Shown here piece by piece: positions 18,293 to 26,096 of a DNA stretch of 41,749 nt (its first letter is position 1; the number at the start of each line of letters is the position of its first letter). This stretch comes from a virus. The translations under genes and the position numbers were made by a program. The stretch lies in IMG/VR virus record IMGVR_UViG_3300038330_000020; one strand, given 5' to 3'. The notes under the pieces are model-generated. The model was not told the origin of the DNA and searched no databases. It saw only the letters and a program-made list of their open reading frames with translations.

Positions 18293-19548
18293 TGAGAAAA
18301 TTGCTACTCGCTTTATTCCTTGCCTTAGCATTCCCCGCGCAGGCATGGGCCGCGGCGATCGCGCACACCTTCGTAGAACAGAACTCAAGCCAGAGCACCA
18401 CAAGCGCGAGTTACGGTGACGTGACCGGCGCGACGATTACAAGCGGCAATTTCACCGCTGGCAAGAAGTACCTGATTTGGGTTACGGCGCATGTCAACCC
18501 GCCGGCCAACTCCTTAGTCGGTTATCAAGTAATTCACGGCTCGACGGCCTTTGCCGAATCGGAATTTCTAACCCGATCCGACGAGCAGAACGGGCGGGCC
18601 TATCTATGGTTCACCGTGTGGGAGGCGGTTTCCTCCGAGGGGATCACTTTCCAGATTAAGAGCGACGGCACGTTGACTAACGCCGTGGACCAAGTTGCTA
18701 TTTTCGCGATGAATCTGTCTGATGACTTGGTTGAAAACACCGACTGGTGCTTTAACGAGCGCTCCAATAATGACGCTCTTTCCACTTCGCCAGTCGGCGG
18801 CGGCGCCTGCACGATCACACCGGCGGGTGCATCAGATTGGCTTGTCGCTTCGTATGCACAGGTAGACCTAGCAAACGCCACAAACAACTTAATAACCGCG
18901 CTTGTCCGCTCCGGCGAGGCCAGCACTTCGCTACCGCAAGGCGTGTTTCTGGCGGCGACAGCAACCGACCAAGAATTGATGGCTTTGTCCCGCGTCTTTG
19001 CCTTGACCGGCGTATCAAACACATTCACCGAGCAATCATCCGCGGCGGCATCGGCTCATACCCGATTACACTCGGGGTTGTTCATGTTGAACTTGGATAA
19101 ATTTGCCGGGCATTCAAGCGCGTACACGGAAGCCGATGCAAATCTCGGCACGAGCGCATTCGGTAATCAACTGCAAACAATCGGAATAACCCCCGCGGCC
19201 ATTGGCGATGTTTGGGTGGGCGCCTATTGGGGCTTTGACCAAAACAACGCCAACCGCAACGCGCGCTTTCGCGTGCAGATTGACGGTGCTGACGTGCCGA
19301 CCGGACAAACGACGGACCTTCTTCTTTTCCGCACCTTTTCCGACCAGGGTGAAACACCTATGCACCTTAGTACCATGGTGACGAACATGACCGCGGCGGC
19401 GCACACGATAGACCTTGACGCAGCGGCGGACGCGACCACCGGCACGCCAGCGGCGCAGCAGGCAACTCTATGGGCGGTGACAATGGAGTTACCCGGCGGC
19501 GCGCCGCCACCACCCGCGGGCGGCGTCTTTCATAGGAGAATTCAATAA
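18292..19548 (+). CDS. hypothetical secreted or fibre-associated protein (two tandem beta-sandwich-like halves)
   Basis: The ATG at 18292 overlaps the upstream TAA by 1 nt. N-terminus is MRKLLLALFLALAFPAQAWA/AAI. 418 aa. Confidence 0.6.
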   Translation: MRKLLLALFLALAFPAQAWAAAIAHTFVEQNSSQSTTSASYGDVTGATITSGNFTAGKKYLIWVTAHVNPPANSLVGYQVIHGSTAFAESEFLTRSDEQNGRAYLWFTVWEAVSSEGITFQIKSDGTLTNAVDQVAIFAMNLSDDLVENTDWCFNERSNNDALSTSPVGGGACTITPAGASDWLVASYAQVDLANATNNLITALVRSGEASTSLPQGVFLAATATDQELMALSRVFALTGVSNTFTEQSSAAASAHTRLHSGLFMLNLDKFAGHSSAYTEADANLGTSAFGNQLQTIGITPAAIGDVWVGAYWGFDQNNANRNARFRVQIDGADVPTGQTTDLLLFRTFSDQGETPMHLSTMVTNMTAAAHTIDLDAAADATTGTPAAQQATLWAVTMELPGGAPPPPAGGVFHRRIQ

Positions 19549-21542
19549 TGCGACGGTTATTTTTTGTCCTTATCGCGTGGCTGTGTTTGGCAGGCTCGGC
19601 TTGGGCTTCGACGCTTTCAACAACCATTGCCGCGATGCCCGCCGATTCATGGGCGGTTATCTCGCCGTCCAATACCGGAGTAATCGGCGGCGGACTAACA
19701 ACCAGCTTCGGAGACTCCGGCGCCTGGGATCCGATCAATAGAAAGTTTCTATTTACCGGCGCAGATCACGGTGTCGGTTACGACTTCGTTATCTGGGACG
19801 ACGCCACAAACGCTTGGACGAGCGGCGCGGCTTTGCCGGGAGTACCTAAGAGTACGATCTTTGTCGGCCATGCCTTTGACGGCAACACGACCGACTATAA
19901 CGGCAATTACTTTTATAGATGCAGGCGCGGCACATGCGGGAACGATATTTATAAATACAATGTCACAACGGGCGCATGGACGACCCTGCCTAACAACACC
20001 GCAGAGACTAACGAGAACAACGATTGTTGCACCGGCATTGCCTACTTTCCCGAATTGGGCGGGCTTGTATGGATCACCAACACCGGACAGATTTGGCTTT
20101 GGAACGCGACGAGTAACACATGGTCACTTCTTACCACGGCGTCAGGATATAGCGCGGGAACGTGGGCGTTTGCCGAATACAATCCGATTCGCAAGGTAGT
20201 TTTATTCGGCAGCGGCGTTAGTAGTCAACTTTTCAGCCTCAGCGCAACGGGCGTGGTCACAGCCAAGGGCGCTATCCCGCATACCATTTATTCCGGCGAC
20301 GGCTTCAACGGCCATGTTACGCACGACCCGGTAACAGGACTCTTTATTGTACTCACCTCGGGTACGCATCAGTGCAAGACCTACGAAGTATCAACCGATA
20401 CATGGGGAACCTGCACCAATCCGCCGGCAGGCATGCAAAATATGTCCGTGGCTTCCGCCAGCGTCACGAATTACGGCGCAACGGTGTACTTCAACTGCGG
20501 CCAATTCACCGGCTCATGTACCGGCAATATGTATATCTACAAGCGCGCGTCTTTAACGGCGGACTCCGATTTCGCTACGCGCTGCGCAACGGCTGGGGTG
20601 ACGGCGTGTTGGGGATTCAATAACACCACCACCGATATTGTTACAACCGGAGCAAACCCAAATCTTTACGCAGGCGACACGACTACAGCTAGTCTCGACA
20701 CCGTCACTAAAGTATCGGGCGCCGGTTCTCTGCGGTTTAACCTACCCGCAGGAGCAAGCGGCGCGAACATAGCCGGGCAATGGACAAAATTAAACTCGCC
20801 TTACAACCTGCTCGGCGCATCTTTCGGCGGCGGGCAAACTTTCTATCTGCAATTCCAACAGCGATTCAATCCGGCGATGATGACCAACACGAGTTTTTGG
20901 AATTCGTCATGGAAGCAAGTGGCATTTTATCAAAACAACGTCGCGTGCGCAGCGATGGAATTGACCACGGTTCACAAGAATTTTAGCTCATTCCCGAACA
21001 ACTTTCCGGTTATGTACACGGATTGCGGCGACCCCGGCCAATTCAATCCGACCAACGGCGGGTTTATCTATCTGCAACAGGGCGCCGATCCGTTCCCAAC
21101 CGGCGCGGGCTACAACTGCCGGTTTGGTTTCATCAATGGGACAGAGTGTTTTATCTACCCAACCGACAAGTGGATCACGTTTTATTACAAGATCACCATC
21201 GGCACCTATAGCGCCGGGCCGAACGATTTTGTTGGCACGCAGGTCGACGCATGGGTTGCAATAGACGGCGGGCCTTATAAACAATGGCAAAACATCACCA
21301 TGAATCTTTCAGCCGGCGGCAACGGCGCGTCGGCAGTAATCAACAACATTACGTTTTTACCCTACATGACCTCGCTTTCGACCTCGGCGCCGCTCGACGC
21401 CTTCACGTGGATCGATGAGCTAATCGTTTCGACCTTGCCAATCTCGGCGCCGCAGGGAGCAGGCAGCGGCGGCGTAGACCCGCCAATACCCCCGGCACCG
21501 ACTAACCCGGTTAGTTTTAGAATTTCGCAGTTATCAAAATGA
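19548..21542 (+). CDS. Kelch-like beta-propeller protein with C-terminal ConA-like (polysaccharide-lyase/glucanase-like) jelly roll
   Basis: N-terminus is MRRLFFVLIAWLCLAGSAWA/STL. Blade motifs recur (NAWTSGAALPG, GAWTTLPN, NTWSLLTTASG, DTWGTCTNPP). The C-terminal pattern is SLRFNL...W..V.F...WITFYYKI...VDAWVAIDG...WIDELIV. Confidence 0.55.
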   Translation: MRRLFFVLIAWLCLAGSAWASTLSTTIAAMPADSWAVISPSNTGVIGGGLTTSFGDSGAWDPINRKFLFTGADHGVGYDFVIWDDATNAWTSGAALPGVPKSTIFVGHAFDGNTTDYNGNYFYRCRRGTCGNDIYKYNVTTGAWTTLPNNTAETNENNDCCTGIAYFPELGGLVWITNTGQIWLWNATSNTWSLLTTASGYSAGTWAFAEYNPIRKVVLFGSGVSSQLFSLSATGVVTAKGAIPHTIYSGDGFNGHVTHDPVTGLFIVLTSGTHQCKTYEVSTDTWGTCTNPPAGMQNMSVASASVTNYGATVYFNCGQFTGSCTGNMYIYKRASLTADSDFATRCATAGVTACWGFNNTTTDIVTTGANPNLYAGDTTTASLDTVTKVSGAGSLRFNLPAGASGANIAGQWTKLNSPYNLLGASFGGGQTFYLQFQQRFNPAMMTNTSFWNSSWKQVAFYQNNVACAAMELTTVHKNFSSFPNNFPVMYTDCGDPGQFNPTNGGFIYLQQGADPFPTGAGYNCRFGFINGTECFIYPTDKWITFYYKITIGTYSAGPNDFVGTQVDAWVAIDGGPYKQWQNITMNLSAGGNGASAVINNITFLPYMTSLSTSAPLDAFTWIDELIVSTLPISAPQGAGSGGVDPPIPPAPTNPVSFRISQLSK

Positions 21543-23467
21543 AAAATTTATTATTTTTGCTCGCGTTGCTCTTAGTCCCGGCTTGGGCCGAGGCAACGAC
21601 CTATTGGGCCTCAACCACAGGCAGCGGCGCGACCTGCGGCACCACCGGCACAAGTGACCCAGGCTCAGGATATACGACGCTCGTGAAAGGACTGACTTGT
21701 GTAAGCGCGGGCGACACGCTCCGACTAAAGGGCGGTATTTATTCCGACAACAACGGCGTGATGACCAACTCGGGCACCGACTTGGGCGCCGGCGCGATCA
21801 CGATCCGCAACGCGACGGGGGAAACCGTTAGATTTAGCGGCAATCATCCCATTGAATTTTATTCAGCAGCCACGCATCACGTCATTGTCGACGGCTCAGA
21901 TGGTAATAGCACGCCGTGCAGTATTGGCGACTGCACGACGCGCATCATTTACGACGGCACGCTCGGCGCAGGCGGCGTGGTAACTAACCTAGCGAGTTAC
22001 ATTCGCTGGAAAGGGGTGGAGATCAGAAACACCAGCGAGAACGGCTGGCAGCCTGGCACGGCTTTCCCGGCTACCACCGCGGCAACGGGGATGGAGTTAA
22101 TCAATAGCCGCGTGCATCACAACGGGACGGACTTAGGCGGCACGCCGCAACACCACGGAATATATAACAATGGCCGCGACGCGATTATCGACGGTAACGA
22201 TATTTATTCTAATTGCGGCGCGGGGGTGCACGCCTACACAGCAACCGCCGGTTATGAAACCATCAATCAGAACCTGATAGTCCGAAATAATCGGGTGCGT
22301 CTAAACGGCGTATGCAATTCATCGATCGGAATCCTTTTCACGGCAGGCAGCAATATAAGGGTTTATAACAACATCGTCCACGACAACAACGGCGACGGCA
22401 TCAGACCCTACAACACCTTCCCGCCTGACGGCGCGGTTATCTACAGTAATACGGTCTACCAGAACACCGGCACCGGCTTGTATTTGTTCCCAGGCCCGGC
22501 AGCAACGGGTACCGTTTGGCGAAATAACATCACTTTAAACAATACGCCGAACATAGATTTTTCAGCCGGCACTGTGACGCAGAGCAACAATCTATCCACC
22601 GGCGCGCCCACAAATATATTCACCGACCCGTTTGGATCGAACTTCACCTTAAAAACAGGCTCGGCGGCGATTGATGCGGGGTTTACTATCGGCACGCCTT
22701 ACAACGTGTCGATCGACGGCAGCGCGCGGCCTCAATCCCTCGGCGGTATTTACGACATAGGCGCATACGAAACCAGCACGAGCGCGCCGTCTTGCCCGGC
22801 AACCTCGCCCGCGCTTGTGGCTTCCTACACGTTTGCGACTAACGGCGCAGACGGAACAGGCAACGGGCATACCGCCGTCCCTGGTAGCGGGTGGACCTTT
22901 GCCGGCGGGGGCATAACGTCCAACGGTACGAGCGGCATCACAGTTCCAGACCATGACGCGCTCGACCCTTGCGGCAGTTTTACCTACATGGTGTCGGCCA
23001 GCCTACCGGATACTACCGGCCCTTATGTCCTTATCGTTAAAAATCCCGACTCTACAGCATTTCTGTTTGCATCGATTGATGGATACTGCGGCACCGGGCG
23101 ACCGATGGGAGGTTACAGCACGACCACGACAGCCGCGGTTGCCTGTTACGCGACATCGTTGACAACGGGGTCATTCCAACACCTTGCGGTGACTTACGAT
23201 TCGACTCTGATGAGCGCCAACGTCAAGTTGTACCTCAACGGCGCGTTAGTCGCGTCGACTACCGGCACGGCGCTTCTTAGCCCTACCACAGGCACGTTGC
23301 AGTTTTGTGAGTCAGGCTTTGGTGAGATTTGCCCAAGCGGTACGGTATTAAAGAACGTGAAAATTTACAACTACGCGCGCACAGCGGCGGAGATCGTGAC
23401 TGACATGGGCATGGGCCGCACCGTCAAGATCGCCGCAGGGCAAACGCTCAAGATTGGCTTGCAATGA
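21539..23467 (+). CDS. right-handed parallel beta-helix protein (pectate-lyase-fold, depolymerase-like) with C-terminal LamG domain
   Basis: N-terminus is MKNLLFLLALLLVPAWA/EAT. PbH1-type repeats are present (IDGNDIYSN, VRNNRVRLNG, VYNNIVHDNNGDGI, IYSNTVYQNTGTGL, WRNNITLNN). The C-terminal pattern HLAVTYDS...VKLYLNGALV...VKIYNYARTAAEI is LamG-like. Confidence 0.7.
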   Translation: MKNLLFLLALLLVPAWAEATTYWASTTGSGATCGTTGTSDPGSGYTTLVKGLTCVSAGDTLRLKGGIYSDNNGVMTNSGTDLGAGAITIRNATGETVRFSGNHPIEFYSAATHHVIVDGSDGNSTPCSIGDCTTRIIYDGTLGAGGVVTNLASYIRWKGVEIRNTSENGWQPGTAFPATTAATGMELINSRVHHNGTDLGGTPQHHGIYNNGRDAIIDGNDIYSNCGAGVHAYTATAGYETINQNLIVRNNRVRLNGVCNSSIGILFTAGSNIRVYNNIVHDNNGDGIRPYNTFPPDGAVIYSNTVYQNTGTGLYLFPGPAATGTVWRNNITLNNTPNIDFSAGTVTQSNNLSTGAPTNIFTDPFGSNFTLKTGSAAIDAGFTIGTPYNVSIDGSARPQSLGGIYDIGAYETSTSAPSCPATSPALVASYTFATNGADGTGNGHTAVPGSGWTFAGGGITSNGTSGITVPDHDALDPCGSFTYMVSASLPDTTGPYVLIVKNPDSTAFLFASIDGYCGTGRPMGGYSTTTTAAVACYATSLTTGSFQHLAVTYDSTLMSANVKLYLNGALVASTTGTALLSPTTGTLQFCESGFGEICPSGTVLKNVKIYNYARTAAEIVTDMGMGRTVKIAAGQTLKIGLQ

Positions 23468-23760
23468 CGACGCTGATTTTATTGATCGCCTTGACGTTCA
23501 CCTGGGTCGACACGTCCGACAACGAGGAAGGATTCGTTATCGAGAAATCAATCGGCAACTGCAACGGGTTTGAACCCTACAGCTTTCACGGTGCCGGCAT
23601 ACAGAAAGTTGTGGACACCGCCGTCGGCGTGCCGGGCGACTGTTACCGGGTGGGCGCGTTCAACGATAGCGGCATAGCGTACAGCAACACGGCGCAGATA
23701 GCGCAACCCCCGCCACCACCGCCATGCGTTATCAAGGGAAAGAGTAAAAAGTGTCACTAA
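23464..23760 (+). CDS. small fibronectin-type-III-like protein with poly-Pro / Cys C-terminal tail
   Basis: LTFTWVDTSDNEEGFVIEKS...CYRVGAFNDSGIAYSN is the bacterial FN3 signature. ATGA coupling to the upstream gene. Confidence 0.55.
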   Translation: MTTLILLIALTFTWVDTSDNEEGFVIEKSIGNCNGFEPYSFHGAGIQKVVDTAVGVPGDCYRVGAFNDSGIAYSNTAQIAQPPPPPPCVIKGKSKKCH

Positions 23761-23773
23761 GGAAAGAATCACG

Positions 23774-24061
23774 GTGAGGGTCGACTATGCACCGATGAAC
23801 GAGGCCACGTCTATTTTTGTCGCCAGCGTTATCATAGCGCTGATAGCCTGGGCGATTAAGTTGTTGCTGAAAGTAAGCGAGAAATTGACTGAAATTGTTC
23901 AATGGAGAGTGGGACACGAATCACAGCACGAGGCAGAAAAAGAAGTCAACACCGAGCGGCACAACTCGAATTATAGGGCGCTTATCGAAATTCGCCGAGA
24001 GATACATAACGCGGTTTTCAGATGGAAAGGCCCGCGGCGCGAAGATGACGAAGGAGATTAA
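23774..24061 (+). CDS. small membrane protein (one N-terminal TM helix, charged C-terminus), lysis-cassette candidate
   Basis: The TM segment SIFVASVIIALIAWAIKLLL is followed by a charged helical tail. Confidence 0.45.
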   Translation: MRVDYAPMNEATSIFVASVIIALIAWAIKLLLKVSEKLTEIVQWRVGHESQHEAEKEVNTERHNSNYRALIEIRREIHNAVFRWKGPRREDDEGD

Positions 24062-24073
24062 GGAGGTAAGTAA

Positions 24074-24220
24074 ATGCTAACCGTATTTTTAATCCTGGCT
24101 TTGACCGCTTTTATCGTGACGATTGCGAGCGCGGTCAGTCCGCCGCGGGTGCCGCTCTGGGTGGCGGTACTGATTCTAACCGTGATCGAATTGCTGCGGG
24201 CCTTGCCGTTGGGACGATGA
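24074..24220 (+). CDS. small membrane protein (48 aa, two TM helices), holin-like candidate
   Basis: AGGAGG sits 7 nt upstream of the ATG at 24074. The stop overlaps the next ATG (ATGA). Below the ORF-track cutoff. Confidence 0.45.
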   Translation: MLTVFLILALTAFIVTIASAVSPPRVPLWVAVLILTVIELLRALPLGR

Positions 24221-24411
24221 GCCACAATGATTTTTTACAGGCCTTTCTTAAATTTATCGCGTCCTCGATTGCGGCATTCGGAAGCGGGTGGGCAACCGCA
24301 GTGTTAAGCGACGTGACACACGAGAAAGCGATCGCAAGCGGCGTAGTTGCCTTTTGCGCCTATGTACTCGGGAATCAACAGTCGCCGCTTAGAAAGCCAC
24401 CCAATGATTGA
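24217..24411 (+). CDS. small membrane protein (64 aa, two TM helices), holin-like candidate
   Basis: Hydrophobic segments FIASSIAAFGSGWATAVL and GVVAFCAYVLG. Translationally coupled. Confidence 0.45.
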   Translation: MSHNDFLQAFLKFIASSIAAFGSGWATAVLSDVTHEKAIASGVVAFCAYVLGNQQSPLRKPPND

Positions 24412-24490
24412 CATACTTTTATTTTGCTTGCTCGTCGTCTTTATCGCGGCGCTGATTATTATCATCTTGCGTTTCGACAAGGACGGTTAA
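24404..24490 (+). CDS. possible 28-aa single-TM peptide
   Basis: The ATG at 24404 overlaps the end of the upstream ORF. Product is MIDILLFCLLVVFIAALIIIILRFDKDG. Confidence 0.25.
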   Translation: MIDILLFCLLVVFIAALIIIILRFDKDG

Positions 24491-24620
24491 AGGGGGTGAT
24501 CCGTTCAATGATGTGCGTGCTGTCGATAATTGCGGCGTTACTATGTCATGCCCCGGAATATTTCACTAGCCGGGGTGACGCATCCGGCAAAAACACGTTG
24601 AGGATTTAATTTAAAACTTT

Positions 24621-26096
24621 ATGCCCGACCTTCCGAGAATACTTGCACGACCCGACCTGCCAACCGTCAACTTGCCGCGCACCAATGCCGACGCTTACGG
24701 GGCTCAGGCGTTCGGCGCATTACAGAAGGCCGCGGGCCAGTGGGAAGTTGCGCTGCGCGAGAAGCAGGCGCCCGTTGACGCCGCTTTGCAATCAAGTAAC
24801 TACGACGTGGCGATGGAGGATTTGAAAAATGAGATTCAAGCCGACCCCGACCCGACGAACTGGCGGACAAATTTTCTTGCCAGGGAACAGGAGAAGCGCG
24901 CTGAAATCTCGGGAGGCTTAACCGATCCGCGTATCAAACGCGCTCTTGACCTGCACGCCAACAGAGCTTTAAGCCGCAACATCATCGAGCTGAGCGACAA
25001 AGCGCGAGTGGCAAGCAAAGCCAAGATGCTCACAGACATCGATATTGTCGGCGACACCTTAGCGGCACAGGCGGCGAATACTCCCGACGAGAACATACAA
25101 CGCCAAGCGCGGAACACTTTCAACGCACTAATAACTAGCGCGGAACAGCCGGTTAAAATTGGTGACAAGACCGTGCCGGGCCTTGACCCCAAGAGCGCGG
25201 AGCAGTTACGCCAGAACTTTGAGAAAAAATATATTACCAACGTCGCGCAAGGCGAAATCCACCGCGATCCTTCCAAGTTTTTGCGCGACCTAAACGGCTC
25301 GACCAAATACGACACCTTAGACAAGATGGCGCTTACCCGTACGGCTAATGCCGCCATATCAACGGCAATGACAATTCAAGGCAAGGAACAGAAGCAGAAA
25401 GAGGAAGCCGCCGACAGAGAGATCCAAGACTTGTTCGACATACGCGCAACCCCCGACATTATCCAGAAACGTCTAGTGGAAATGAGCGCCGCGGGTGTCA
25501 TGGACCGCACGCAACGGAACTTCTGGGATACTAAATTAATACGCGGCGAGAAGGGCGACGACGGGCCGCAGGTTGCCAACACTGAAAAACTCGTTGCTGA
25601 TTTCTTAGCTATACCACCGACCGGCGCTCGTATCAGGGACTTTCGAGCGCAGACTAATCATATGAGAAACACCGGCGCCATCGGCGACAAGGGCTCGTCA
25701 AAGATGAACGCAATGTTAATTCAAGCGGAGAAGCAACTACGGGCAGAAGGGCGAGCAGAAGAATCGGCAGCGCGAGCGAGAGCAGGCGGCAGCGGCAAAG
25801 AAAAGGACATTTCAACGGCAGAAGGCTTGCGCGCCATTGCCTCTAATTTTTCAGTAGGGAGCCCCACCCAACCTATATTACCCGGCCACAAGGAGGACGT
25901 GGCGACCTTTGCGCGACGTATTCTTGACGGCACCAGGAAGGCTGACACAGTGAAAGAACTTGTTACTAACCGAGAAAAGAAAAACAAAGAAGCGCAACAA
26001 CTACAACAGGCACGAGACGCCGCAGCGAAAGCCGATCCTAAAATCGCGGCAATAATTGAGACCGTTAAGGCACTCGAAAAAGCCGGAAAGAAATAA
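24621..26096 (+). CDS. putative internal virion (core/ejection) protein
   Basis: 491 aa, helical and charged, directly upstream of and coupled (TAATG) to the 1390-aa protein. This is the gp15/gp16-like pairing. Confidence 0.45.
   Translation: MPDLPRILARPDLPTVNLPRTNADAYGAQAFGALQKAAGQWEVALREKQAPVDAALQSSNYDVAMEDLKNEIQADPDPTNWRTNFLAREQEKRAEISGGLTDPRIKRALDLHANRALSRNIIELSDKARVASKAKMLTDIDIVGDTLAAQAANTPDENIQRQARNTFNALITSAEQPVKIGDKTVPGLDPKSAEQLRQNFEKKYITNVAQGEIHRDPSKFLRDLNGSTKYDTLDKMALTRTANAAISTAMTIQGKEQKQKEEAADREIQDLFDIRATPDIIQKRLVEMSAAGVMDRTQRNFWDTKLIRGEKGDDGPQVANTEKLVADFLAIPPTGARIRDFRAQTNHMRNTGAIGDKGSSKMNAMLIQAEKQLRAEGRAEESAARARAGGSGKEKDISTAEGLRAIASNFSVGSPTQPILPGHKEDVATFARRILDGTRKADTVKELVTNREKKNKEAQQLQQARDAAAKADPKIAAIIETVKALEKAGKK

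Noticed and set aside
23464-23510. The hydrophobic N-terminus MTTLILLIALTFTW of the 98-aa protein as a fifth signal peptide.
   Set aside because: It has no positively charged n-region and no AxA site. The segment runs directly into the first beta-strand signature of an FN3 domain (LTFTWVDTSDNEEGF), so it is more likely part of the fold or a start-codon artefact.
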